NCBI GenBank assembly: GCA_038231135.1
Contig: JBBRLX010000001.1
Coordinates: 96,001 to 160,000 of the forward strand
Direction: 5' to 3'
Length of the DNA: 64,000 bases
Source: Candidatus Eiseniibacteriota bacterium
GTDB taxonomy: Bacteria > Eisenbacteria > RBG-16-71-46
A program made the position numbers and the translations under genes. Positions 35,222-44,312 of the stretch are shown here, piece by piece. The number at the start of each line of letters is the position of its first letter. The stretch's first letter is position 1. The notes beneath the pieces are model-generated. The model saw only the letters and a program-made list of their open reading frames with translations, searched no databases and had not been told where the DNA came from.

Positions 35222-36783
35222 CGCCGACGCTCCAGGCCCACGAGCCGGTGCTGCGCGTCGAGCGCATCGGCCTCGTGCTCGGACTCGTGACGGCGACGGT
35301 GCTGATGTGGCCGCTGCGTCACAACGTGACCGACGACGCGTTCATCCACCTCCAGTACGCGAAGCACCTGGCGCAGGGCCGCGGCCCGGTGTTCAACAAC
35401 GGCGAGCACGTGTACGGCTGCACGAGCCCGCTGTGGGCCGCGATGCTCGCCGACGCGATGGCGGTGGGCTGGAACGGCCTGATCTTCGGCCGCATCCTCG
35501 GATTCATCGCGACGCTCGCCACGATCCCGATGTTCCTGCAGCTGATGCGCCGCGGCGTGCGGCTGCCCGCGCTGCGCGGCTTCGCCACGCTCGCGTGGTC
35601 GGCCAACCCATGGATGCTGCAATGGTCCACGGCCGGCATGGAGACGCCGCTCGCCGTGGCGCTCACGCTCGCGGGGTTCGTCGCGTTCACCGAGGGCCGC
35701 AGCTGGGGGTCGCGCCCGGTGCGCACGGGGGCGTTGTGGGCGCTCGCGGCGCTCACGCGGCCCGAGGCGGTGTTCCTGCTCGCGCTGTGGGCGATCACGC
35801 TGCTCGTCGACACCAACAATCGCACCGGCCTCCGCCGCATGCTGTTCGGGCTGGTGCCGCCGGCGCTCATCTACGGCGCGTGGCTGCTGTTCGCGCGGTT
35901 CTTCTTCGGCACGTTCTGGCCGCGGTCGATTGCGATCCATCGCGTGGTGCCGCAGGGATTCGAGCCCGGCCGGTTCGGCGAGCAGTTGCGCATCGTGATG
36001 CAGACGGACGGCGTGCTGCTCGTCGTGATGGCGGCGGCGTTCGTGTTCGGAGGCCGCGCGCTCTGGGAGCGCCGCCCGCGCACCGCGCAGCATGCGCTGC
36101 CGTGGCTGTTCGTCCTCGGCATGCCGCTGCTGTACGTGGCGCGCGGGATCCCGCCCCGCTCGCGCTATCTCGTCGTGCTGCTGCCGGTGCTGGCGTGGCT
36201 CGCATGGCGTTCGGCGGACGCGTGGTGGCTCGGCAGCGAGACCGAGTCCAAGGCGCGGCGCACCCAGGCCACGGTATTCGGGTTCGCGGTGATGGCGCTG
36301 TCGCTGCTGCTCGATCTGGGCGTGTATCGCACGATGGTGCTGCCGGGCGTCCAGCAATCGACGGCGGCGCTGCACGGCAGCCTGATGCAATGGGGGAGCT
36401 GGTTCGGCCGCCACGCACCCGCCGACGCCGTGATCGCCAGCCGTGAAGTCGGGGCGCTCGGATTTCTCAGCGATCGCCGGGTGCTCGATACCACGAGCCT
36501 GATCTCGCCCGAGATGGAGCCCGTGCTCGCCGCGTCCGCCGATCCGGTGGCGCGGCTGGCATTCCCGCCGGGCTCGCGGCCAACGTACATCGTCGACCGC
36601 GCGTCGCGCGCGTTCGACCTCACCGCGCGCAGCCCGTATCGCGCGGCACTCACGCCGCTCGGTCATGCCACCGCCTATGTCACCGGAGCGCGCGTGGACT
36701 CGGTCTACACGTTCTACCGCGTGAATTGGGGTGTGTTCGACACGCTGCACATCGCGCCCCCGGAGCCATTCCCGGCGCGCTGA
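35218..36783 (+). CDS. Polytopic membrane protein, probable GT-C glycosyltransferase
   Basis: DDAFIHLQYAKHL..G, YGCTSPLW, GMETPL, TRPEA, RYL, VGALGF. Confidence 0.75.
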   Translation: MTPTLQAHEPVLRVERIGLVLGLVTATVLMWPLRHNVTDDAFIHLQYAKHLAQGRGPVFNNGEHVYGCTSPLWAAMLADAMAVGWNGLIFGRILGFIATLATIPMFLQLMRRGVRLPALRGFATLAWSANPWMLQWSTAGMETPLAVALTLAGFVAFTEGRSWGSRPVRTGALWALAALTRPEAVFLLALWAITLLVDTNNRTGLRRMLFGLVPPALIYGAWLLFARFFFGTFWPRSIAIHRVVPQGFEPGRFGEQLRIVMQTDGVLLVVMAAAFVFGGRALWERRPRTAQHALPWLFVLGMPLLYVARGIPPRSRYLVVLLPVLAWLAWRSADAWWLGSETESKARRTQATVFGFAVMALSLLLDLGVYRTMVLPGVQQSTAALHGSLMQWGSWFGRHAPADAVIASREVGALGFLSDRRVLDTTSLISPEMEPVLAASADPVARLAFPPGSRPTYIVDRASRAFDLTARSPYRAALTPLGHATAYVTGARVDSVYTFYRVNWGVFDTLHIAPPEPFPAR

Positions 36784-36850
36784 CCATGACTGCACGCACG
36801 TGCAGCGGGTCACGTGGCGAACAATTCGACCCGCCTTCCGACATTTTCGC

Positions 36851-36879
36851 TTGCGCCACTACCGACCCGAACCTATTGT
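36851..36879 (+). promoter_or_regulatory. Putative dcw promoter
   Basis: TTGCGC-17 nt-TATTGT immediately before the MraZ boxes. Confidence 0.6.
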
Positions 36880-36886
36880 GCCGATA

Positions 36887-36921
36887 GTGGTGAAAAGTGG
36901 TGGTTCGTGGTGAAAATTGGG
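36887..36921 (+). promoter_or_regulatory. MraZ operator repeats
   Basis: GTGGT at 36887, 36897 and 36907 and TTGGG at 36917, exact 10-bp period. Confidence 0.85.
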
Positions 36922-36952
36922 ACCCCGTGGTTCGCGCACGAAACGAGTGTCG

Positions 36953-37399
36953 ATGTCCTCCTTCCTCGGTACCGAGACCTATGCGATCGATCACAAGGGG
37001 CGCATCGCCATTCCTGCGGCGATGCGTCGCGACGGGCGCAAGCAGCCGTTGTCGTCGTTCGTGCTCGGCATGGGTCTCGACGGATGCCTCGCGCTCTACT
37101 CGCCCGAGGAATGGAAGCGGCTCGAGGACAAGCTGCGCCGGATCCCGATGGGTGGACGCAAGGGCCGCGCGTTTCGGCGGGCGTTCCTGATGAACGTCGT
37201 GAAGGTGTCGGTGGACGCGCAAGGACGCATCACCATTCCACCGGCGCTGATGAGCCATGCAGGACTCGGCAAGGAAGCCGTCCTGCATGGTCAATTGAAG
37301 TGCATCGAGATCTGGAATCCCGAGCGTCTGGCGGCCGAGCTGTCGCAGGCCCAGGATCAGCTCGAGTCGCTGGCCGAAGACGTCCTCAGGGAAGAGTAG
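36953..37399 (+). CDS. mraZ: Division/cell wall cluster repressor MraZ
   Basis: IDHKGRIAIP, VDAQGRITIP, IEIW. Confidence 0.95.
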   Translation: MSSFLGTETYAIDHKGRIAIPAAMRRDGRKQPLSSFVLGMGLDGCLALYSPEEWKRLEDKLRRIPMGGRKGRAFRRAFLMNVVKVSVDAQGRITIPPALMSHAGLGKEAVLHGQLKCIEIWNPERLAAELSQAQDQLESLAEDVLREE

Positions 37400-37406
37400 G
37401 CATCCC

Positions 37407-37835
37407 GTGTCCCTCGCAGACCTCGATGGCGCGCGCCTGGCGCTCGCCATCAACCTGGAACTCAGCCACGGTCGTCACGGCGCCTCGGCGCGCGTCGAGG
37501 TGCTCGAGCACGCCGGCCGCCACGTCGCGCGCGTGGGCCTGAGCGGCTGGGTCGAAGAGGTCGCGATGGGGCGGTTCGAGCACGCGGTGTCGGACCTCGA
37601 GGCGCGCGATGTCGACGGCCTGATCCTCGACTGCTCGCGGCTGCGTCACGTCGATGCGCGCAGCGTGCTGCGCCTCACGCGCGCGGTGGCGCCGTTCGCC
37701 GGGCGCCGCGAGGGCCTCGCGGTGCTCGGCCTGTCGGCGCGCCTGCGCGAGCGGCTGCGCTGGGTCGAGCCGGCGCAACCGCGCGCGGACCAGGAGCCGG
37801 TGCGGGCGGGGGACGGCCATGAGTGGGCGTCATGA
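37407..37835 (+). CDS. STAS-like domain protein
   Basis: VGLSG..LILDCSRLRHVD..LAVLGLSARLR pattern; fills the mraZ-rsmH gap. Confidence 0.6.
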   Translation: MSLADLDGARLALAINLELSHGRHGASARVEVLEHAGRHVARVGLSGWVEEVAMGRFEHAVSDLEARDVDGLILDCSRLRHVDARSVLRLTRAVAPFAGRREGLAVLGLSARLRERLRWVEPAQPRADQEPVRAGDGHEWAS

Positions 37836-38742
37836 GCCGGTGCTGCTCCGTGAGACGCTGCAGTTTCTCCGCCACGGCGCGGGTCTCTACCTCGACGCCA
37901 CGGTCGGCGATGGCGGCCATGCCGAAGCCCTGCTCGCCGCCGAGCCCTTTGCCCGCCTGCTCGCCGGGGATCGCGATCCCGCGGCACTCGCCGCGGCGCG
38001 CGCCCGGCTGCGCGCGTTCGAGGGTCGCGTGACGTTCGCGCACGCCACGTTTCGCGAGCTGCCCGCCGCGCACGCGCTCGCCGGCGGCGAGCCGTTCACG
38101 GGCGCGCTGCTCGACCTCGGGTTGTCGTCGCGCCAGATCGACGATCCGGCGCGCGGCATCAGCTTCATGGCGGATGGTCCGCTCGACCTGCGCATGGATC
38201 CGTCCCGCGGGACTCCCGCCCTGGAGCGGCTCGCGGACGCGGACGCGGGCGAAGTCGCGGACGCGCTGCGGCGCTTCGGCGACGTCGGCCCGGCGCCGCG
38301 GGTCGCGCGGGCGATCGTCGCGGCCGCGGCCGCGGGGCGGCTCGGCACCACGCGCGAGCTGGTGGCGGTGGTGGATCGGGCGTGGGGCGGCCGCCCGCAT
38401 CCGCGCAACCGCGCGCGCGTGTTCCAGGCACTGCGCATGTGGCTGAACGAGGAGACCGCGGAGCTCGAGGCGGCGATGGCGTGGCTGCCGGAGGCGATGA
38501 GCCCGGGCGGCGTGGTCGTGACGCTCGCGTATCACTCGGGCGAGGACCGGATCATCAAGCAGGCGCTGCGGGGCCATCGCGAGGTGGTGTCGAAGCAGCT
38601 GCCGGACATGCAGCGCGAGCCCGCAACGGGCCCGTGGGAGGAGCTCACCCGCCGGGTGGTCGTGCCGGCGGACGAGGAAATCGCCGCGAACCCGCGTGCG
38701 CGCAGCGCGCGGTTGCGGGCGTTTCGCAGGAGGCTGTCATGA
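37819..38742 (+). CDS. rsmH: 16S rRNA m4C1402 methyltransferase
   Basis: HEPVLL, DATVGDGGH, DLGLSS, PLDLRM, FQALR, YHSGEDR, NPRARSARLR. Confidence 0.96.
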   Translation: MSGRHEPVLLRETLQFLRHGAGLYLDATVGDGGHAEALLAAEPFARLLAGDRDPAALAAARARLRAFEGRVTFAHATFRELPAAHALAGGEPFTGALLDLGLSSRQIDDPARGISFMADGPLDLRMDPSRGTPALERLADADAGEVADALRRFGDVGPAPRVARAIVAAAAAGRLGTTRELVAVVDRAWGGRPHPRNRARVFQALRMWLNEETAELEAAMAWLPEAMSPGGVVVTLAYHSGEDRIIKQALRGHREVVSKQLPDMQREPATGPWEELTRRVVVPADEEIAANPRARSARLRAFRRRLS

Positions 38743-39173
38743 GACCAGGGCTTCGAAACACCGACCCGTTCTGGCGCGTTCCCGAGACGCGCATCGTCCG
38801 CCCCGAGCTGTGGGCATTCGCGATCCTCGTCGTCGGTCTGCTGCTCGTGGAGGTCTGGCAGTCGTCGCGCATGACGGAACTCTGCCTGCAGCTCGACCGC
38901 TCGCGCGCCACGCTCACCCAGGAGCGCTCGCGCGCGGACTACGCGCGCGTGAAGCTCGACCGCGCGTGGACGCGCACCCAGCAGGAGCCGCTCGCGGCGC
39001 GGCTGGGGTTCCTGCCGATGACCGGCAGCCAGCAGATCGATCTGCCCGCGGGCTACCTCGCGGGTGACACGGAGCCGAAGGCCGGCGCGGAAACGTCACG
39101 GATGGCGTGGCTCGACCGGGTGGCTCATGCGTTGATCCCGGATGCCACCGCCCGGAGCCGCTCGGGCAGCTGA
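38739..39173 (+). CDS. ftsL: FtsL-like cell division protein
   Basis: Single TM helix, coiled coil, AARLG; located between rsmH and ftsI. Confidence 0.7.
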   Translation: MRPGLRNTDPFWRVPETRIVRPELWAFAILVVGLLLVEVWQSSRMTELCLQLDRSRATLTQERSRADYARVKLDRAWTRTQQEPLAARLGFLPMTGSQQIDLPAGYLAGDTEPKAGAETSRMAWLDRVAHALIPDATARSRSGS

Positions 39174-39262
39174 GCATCAGGCCGGAGTGGGACCGGCCGC
39201 ACCATCGCACCGCGCACGTCGGGCCGACGGTTGGCGTGAACCGCCGTTCCAGGGAGGGAGCA

Positions 39263-41407
39263 GTGGCCCACAAGGAGACGCGCAGAATACGGGTGCTGGT
39301 GGCTGCGGCCGGTCTGTTGTTCGGATTCGGCCTGCTGTGGCTGCGCGTGGGCTGGCTGCAGATCGCGCAGCACGGCTACTACGTCGAACGCGCCGAGCAC
39401 AATCAGGAACGACGGGTGCCGCTGCGTGCCGCGCGCGGCGAGCTGCTCGACCGCTACGGACACCCGCTGGCGCGCGACCTCGTGACGTATTCGATCGCCG
39501 CCCAGCCGCGTGACATGAAGGACCCGCACGGCACCGCGCGCGACCTGGCGGCGACGCTGAAGCTCGACCCGCGCAAGCTCGAGCGCGAATTCCACGCCAA
39601 GCCGCACTTCCTGTGGGTGGCGCGCCGCGCCGATCCCGAGCAGGGCGTAGCGATCGCGTCGTGGAACCGCCCCGGCGTGCTGGTGTCGGCGGTGACCGAG
39701 CGCCAGTACCTGCTCGGCGACGCCGCCTGCGAGATCGTCGGCCGCACGAACCTCGACGGCGAAGGCATCGACGGCCTCGAGCTGCAGCTCGACGAGGACC
39801 TGCGCGGCCACTCCGGCTGGGAGACGCTGTTCCGCGACGGTCGCGGCCAGTCGCACGCGTTCCCCGGCGGCCTGCGCCGCACGGCCGAGGACGGCCAGTC
39901 GGTGGTGCTCACGATCGACGCGGATCTGCAGTCGAGCGCCGAGCTGCACCTGGCGCGCGCCGTGGACACGCTGCGCGCGCTGCGCGGCTTCGCTCTGTTC
40001 ATCGACCCGCGCACCGGCGAGGTGCTGGCGTCGGTGAACGTGCCGCACCTGCCGCCGGGCAGGGCGCGCAACTGGAACTTCACCGACCAGTACGAGCCTG
40101 GCTCCACGTTCAAGGTGGTGGCGGCGGGCGGCGCGCTGGAGGAGGGGCTCGCGCAGCCCGACCAGGTGTTCTCCGCGTCGGCCGACGGCAAGCTCGAGCT
40201 GGTGAAGGGCGCGGTGTTCCACGACACCCACAAGCACGCCTCGTACACATTTCGCGACGCGATCCGGTTCTCCAGCAACATCGTGATGGGCAAGCTCGGC
40301 ATGCTGCTCGGGCCCGAGCGGCTGTACCGGTACGCCACCACGCTGGGCTTCGGCGGCATCACCGGCGTGACGTTCCCCGGCGAGGCCGGCGGCAAGCTGC
40401 GCAGTCCCGAGCACTGGTCCGCGCGCTCGTGTCCGACCGTGGCGATCGGCCACGAGGTGTCGGTCACGCCGATCCAGCTCGCGCTCGCCTATGGCGCGAT
40501 CGCGAACGGTGGCATCCTGATGCAGCCGATGCTGATGCGCGAGATCCGGAACTCCGATGGCAGCGTGGCGCGGCGGTTCGAGCCGCACGCCACGCAGCGC
40601 GCGCTGGGTGCGCACACGACCGAGCTGCTGCGCTCCATGCTGGCCGCGGTCGTCGACAGCGGCACCGCGAAGGCGGCGCGCATTCCGGGACTCGAGATCG
40701 GCGGCAAGACCGGCACCGCGCAGAAGTACGACGCCGCGTTCGGCACCTATGCCCCGGGCAAGTACCTGTCGTCGTTCGTCGGCTTCGCGCCGGCCGCCAA
40801 CCCGACGCTGGTCGGCGTCGTGGTGATCGACGAACCGGGCGGCAAGCACTATTACGGCGGCGAAGTCGCGGCCCCGGTGTTCCGCGAGATCCTGCTCGAC
40901 CTGCAGCGGCTGTCGCGGCCCGAATTCCGCGGGTCGCAGGCGGAGGTCGCGGCGGCGCCCGTGGAGCCGGCGCCGGTCGTGGTGCCGGACCTCCACCTGC
41001 TGCCCGCCGCGGCCGCGACCCTCAGGCTGCGCGAGTTCGGGCTGCGCGCGCACTTCGAAGGCCAGGGGCCGCGCGTGCTGGCGCAGGAGCCATCCGCCGG
41101 CACCGAATCGGAGCGCGGCGGCGCGGTGACGCTATGGCTCGCCACGCCTGCGGACTCCGCGAGCCGGGTGCTGCCCGACGTCACGGCGCTGCCGGTGCGC
41201 GAGGCGCTGCGCCGGCTGGCGCGGCTCGAGGTGAAGGCGCACATCGAGGGCCGCGGCACGGTCGTGCGCCAGGAGCCGGCGGCGGGCACGCTGCTGCCCG
41301 TGACGCGCGGCTGCCGGCTGTGGTGCCAGGAGCTGGCCGCGCGCCCGGTGGCGGGGCCGGTGGCCGCAACTCCCGGCCCGGTGCGGCTCGCGGCGGGCAC
41401 GCCGTGA
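39263..41407 (+). CDS. ftsI: Class B penicillin-binding protein with two PASTA domains
   Basis: RGELLDR, EPGSTFK, SSN, KTGTAQ; VVVPD and VLPDV PASTA starts; GGAG RBS. Confidence 0.95.
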   Translation: MAHKETRRIRVLVAAAGLLFGFGLLWLRVGWLQIAQHGYYVERAEHNQERRVPLRAARGELLDRYGHPLARDLVTYSIAAQPRDMKDPHGTARDLAATLKLDPRKLEREFHAKPHFLWVARRADPEQGVAIASWNRPGVLVSAVTERQYLLGDAACEIVGRTNLDGEGIDGLELQLDEDLRGHSGWETLFRDGRGQSHAFPGGLRRTAEDGQSVVLTIDADLQSSAELHLARAVDTLRALRGFALFIDPRTGEVLASVNVPHLPPGRARNWNFTDQYEPGSTFKVVAAGGALEEGLAQPDQVFSASADGKLELVKGAVFHDTHKHASYTFRDAIRFSSNIVMGKLGMLLGPERLYRYATTLGFGGITGVTFPGEAGGKLRSPEHWSARSCPTVAIGHEVSVTPIQLALAYGAIANGGILMQPMLMREIRNSDGSVARRFEPHATQRALGAHTTELLRSMLAAVVDSGTAKAARIPGLEIGGKTGTAQKYDAAFGTYAPGKYLSSFVGFAPAANPTLVGVVVIDEPGGKHYYGGEVAAPVFREILLDLQRLSRPEFRGSQAEVAAAPVEPAPVVVPDLHLLPAAAATLRLREFGLRAHFEGQGPRVLAQEPSAGTESERGGAVTLWLATPADSASRVLPDVTALPVREALRRLARLEVKAHIEGRGTVVRQEPAAGTLLPVTRGCRLWCQELAARPVAGPVAATPGPVRLAAGTP

Positions 41408-42903
41408 CGCTCCGCACCGTGCTCGAGGAGCTGCGTGCCTCCGCAGTGCGCGGCAACCCCGACGTCGAGATCCGCGGCCTCGCGTACGATTCGCGCCGCG
41501 TGCGTCCCGGCGACCTGTTCTTCGCGCTCGCCGGCCAGCATGACGACGGACGCGCGTACGTGAGCCAGGCGCTGCTCGCGGGTGCCGCCGCCGTGGTCGA
41601 GCAGGGCGCCGCGGCCGCGGCGGAACACGCCGCGGGGGGCGGCGCCACGTTCGTCGAGGTGACGGAGCCGCGCGTCGCGCTGGCGCAGGCCGCGGCGCGG
41701 TTCCACGGCCATCCGGCGCGCGAGCTCGCCGTGGTCGGCGTCACGGGCACGAACGGCAAGACCACGACCACGTGGCTGATGCACGCGATCTTCGCCGCGG
41801 CCGGCGTGCCCGCCGGGTTGATCGGCACCACGGGCGTGCGGTTCGGCTTCGAGATCCGCGGCTCCGCGTTCACCACCCCCGAGGCGCCGGAGCTGCAGGG
41901 GCTGCTGCGCGAGATGGTGGAGCGCGGCCTGCGCGGCGTCGCGCTCGAGCTCAGCAGCCATGCGCTGGTCCAGCGCCGCTGCTTCGGGCTCGCCCCCGAC
42001 GTCGCGATCTTCACGAACCTGAGCCACGACCACCTCGACTTCCACGGCACGCTGGACCGCTACCTCGACGCCAAGCTGATGCTGTTCGACGGCCGCAACG
42101 ACCCCGGCCGTGCGAAGCCCGGGGCGGCGGTGATCAATCTCGACGACGCGGTGTTCCCGCAGGTGCGCGCGGCCGCCGAGCGCGGCGGGTTCGCGATCAC
42201 GACCTACGGCGCCGGCGCCGGCGCCACGCTGGAGGTCCGCGGCGTCACGCCGGGCTCCGCCGGCCTCGGGTTCGAGCTGGCGGAGCGCGGCCGCACGGTG
42301 CGGGTCGCGCTCCCGCTGCTCGGCCGCTACAACGCGTGGAACGCCGCGGCCGCCTATGGCGCGGCGCGCGCGCTCGGCATCGCGCCCGAGGAGTGCCGCC
42401 GCGGCCTCGAAGGCGCGACCGGCGTGCCGGGGCGGCTCGAGCGCATCGACCTGGGCCAGCCGTTTGCCGTGATCGTGGACTACGCCCACACCCCCGACGC
42501 GCTGGCGCGCGCGCTCGCCGCCATGCGCGAGCACTGCCACGGCCGGGTGCTGCTGGTGTTCGGCTGCGGCGGCGATCGCGATCGCGCGAAGCGGCCGGTG
42601 ATGGGGCGCGTGGCGGCCGCGGGTGCCGACCGGGCGTGGGTCACGAACGACAATCCGCGCAGCGAGGATCCCGCAACGATCGCCGCGGACATCCGCGCCG
42701 GCGATGCCACCGGCCGGCTCGAGACCGAGCTGGACCGGCGCGCCGCGATCGCGGCGGCGCTCGCCGCCGCCGGGCCGGGCGACGGGGTGCTGATCGCGGG
42801 CAAGGGTCATGAGACCACGCAGACGATCGGCGACCGCGTGCTGGCGTTCGACGACCGCGAGGTCGCGCGCGAACTGCTGGCGGCGGGAGGGCCCGCGTGG
42901 TGA
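41404..42903 (+). CDS. murE: UDP-MurNAc-tripeptide ligase (meso-DAP type)
   Basis: GTNGKTT, TTPE, DYAHTPD, FGCGGDRD, DNPR, GKGHE. Confidence 0.96.
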   Translation: MTLRTVLEELRASAVRGNPDVEIRGLAYDSRRVRPGDLFFALAGQHDDGRAYVSQALLAGAAAVVEQGAAAAAEHAAGGGATFVEVTEPRVALAQAAARFHGHPARELAVVGVTGTNGKTTTTWLMHAIFAAAGVPAGLIGTTGVRFGFEIRGSAFTTPEAPELQGLLREMVERGLRGVALELSSHALVQRRCFGLAPDVAIFTNLSHDHLDFHGTLDRYLDAKLMLFDGRNDPGRAKPGAAVINLDDAVFPQVRAAAERGGFAITTYGAGAGATLEVRGVTPGSAGLGFELAERGRTVRVALPLLGRYNAWNAAAAYGAARALGIAPEECRRGLEGATGVPGRLERIDLGQPFAVIVDYAHTPDALARALAAMREHCHGRVLLVFGCGGDRDRAKRPVMGRVAAAGADRAWVTNDNPRSEDPATIAADIRAGDATGRLETELDRRAAIAAALAAAGPGDGVLIAGKGHETTQTIGDRVLAFDDREVARELLAAGGPAW

Positions 42904-44309
42904 CGGCCGCCGCCGGCTCGCCGGCACGCACGACGCTGACGATCGAGGACGCCGCGAGCCTGGCGGGCGCCACCTTGCGGGTGCCGCCCGGCGCCGCCGG
43001 CGGCACCCGGTGGTTCGGCGCCGCGATCGACTCGCGCACGCTCGAACCGGGCCAGCTGTTCGTGCCGCTGCCCGGTTCGCGCGCCGACGGCCACACGTTC
43101 CTCGCCGCGGCGTTCGCGCGCGGCGCCGCGGCGGCGCTGTGCGACCCGGTCCACTACGCGGCGCTCGCGGGGCGCGAGCCGGGCCCGCTGCTGGTGGTGG
43201 ACGACGTCACGCGCGGGCTCCAGAACCTGGCGCGCGGCTGGCGCGAGCGCTGGCACGGCACGCTGGCGGGCGTCACCGGCAGCGCCGGCAAGACCACGAC
43301 CAAGAACCTGGTGGCGGGCGTGCTGTCGACGCTGGCGCCCACGCATCGCACCGCCGGCAATCTCAACAATCACTGGGGCGTGCCGCTCACGCTGCTCGGG
43401 CTCGAGCCGCGCCACGGCTACGCGGTCGTCGAGCTGGGCATGAGTCATCCCGGCGAGATCGCGGAGCTGGCGGCCCTCGCGTCGCCGTCGATCGCCGTGA
43501 TCACGAATGCCGGCAGCGCCCATCTCGAACACTTCGGCAGCGTGGAGGCGATCGCGCACGAGAAGACCGCGCTCGCCCGCGCGGTGCCGGCCGCGGGGAC
43601 CGTGGTCGCCGGCGCCGACTCGAAGGCGCTGATCGCGGCGCTTGCCGGGGTGCGCGCGCGCATCGTGACGTTCGGGTTCGCGGCCGCCGCCGACGTGCGG
43701 CCGGCCGCGATCGAGGATCTGGGCGCACGGGGCAGCCGGATCGACGTGGATGGATTCCCCACGTTCACCCTTCCGCTCGTTGGGCGCCATCAGATCCAGA
43801 ACGCGCTCGCGGCGCTCGCCGTCGCGCGCGTGGCCGGCTGCGATCCCGCCGCCGTCGCGCGGGAGCTGGAGCAGGCGACCGCGGATCATGGCCGCATGGA
43901 GGTGCGCGAGCTGCGCGGCGCGACGCTGCTCGTCGACTGCTACAACGCGAACCCCGAGTCCACGCGCGCGGCACTCGACACGCTCGCCCGCTGGCCCGGC
44001 GCCGCCCGCCGCATCGCCGTGCTGGGCGACATGCTCGAGCTGGGGGGCACGGCGGCGGCGCTGCATCGGGCAACCGGCGCCGCGGTGCGCGACGCCGAAC
44101 TGTGGGCGGTGGGCGCGTTTGCCGCCGACACGGCCGCGGGGGCGCAGGCCACGGGCATCGCGACGCGCACGTTCGCAGACAAGCCGGCGCTCGCGCGGGC
44201 GCTCGGGCCGGTGCTGGGACCGGGCGTGGTGGTGCTGATCAAGGCGTCGCGTGGCGCCGCGCTCGAGGACGTCGTCGCGGCGCTGGAACCCCCCGCGGGA
44301 GAGCGCTAG
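42897..44309 (+). CDS. murF: UDP-MurNAc-pentapeptide ligase
   Basis: IDSR, GSAGKTTTK, NLNNHWG, YNANP, LGDMLELG, KASRG. Confidence 0.96.
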   Translation: MVTAAAGSPARTTLTIEDAASLAGATLRVPPGAAGGTRWFGAAIDSRTLEPGQLFVPLPGSRADGHTFLAAAFARGAAAALCDPVHYAALAGREPGPLLVVDDVTRGLQNLARGWRERWHGTLAGVTGSAGKTTTKNLVAGVLSTLAPTHRTAGNLNNHWGVPLTLLGLEPRHGYAVVELGMSHPGEIAELAALASPSIAVITNAGSAHLEHFGSVEAIAHEKTALARAVPAAGTVVAGADSKALIAALAGVRARIVTFGFAAAADVRPAAIEDLGARGSRIDVDGFPTFTLPLVGRHQIQNALAALAVARVAGCDPAAVARELEQATADHGRMEVRELRGATLLVDCYNANPESTRAALDTLARWPGAARRIAVLGDMLELGGTAAALHRATGAAVRDAELWAVGAFAADTAAGAQATGIATRTFADKPALARALGPVLGPGVVVLIKASRGAALEDVVAALEPPAGER

Positions 44310-44312
44310 GCC

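Noticed and set aside
36880..36887. GCCGATAG as a sigma28 -10 element
   Set aside because: No TAAA/TCAAG at the right spacing; a sigma70-type promoter explains the region
36887..36921. Short periodic repeats as CRISPR or iteron
   Set aside because: 10-bp-phased GTGG boxes upstream of mraZ are the known MraZ operator
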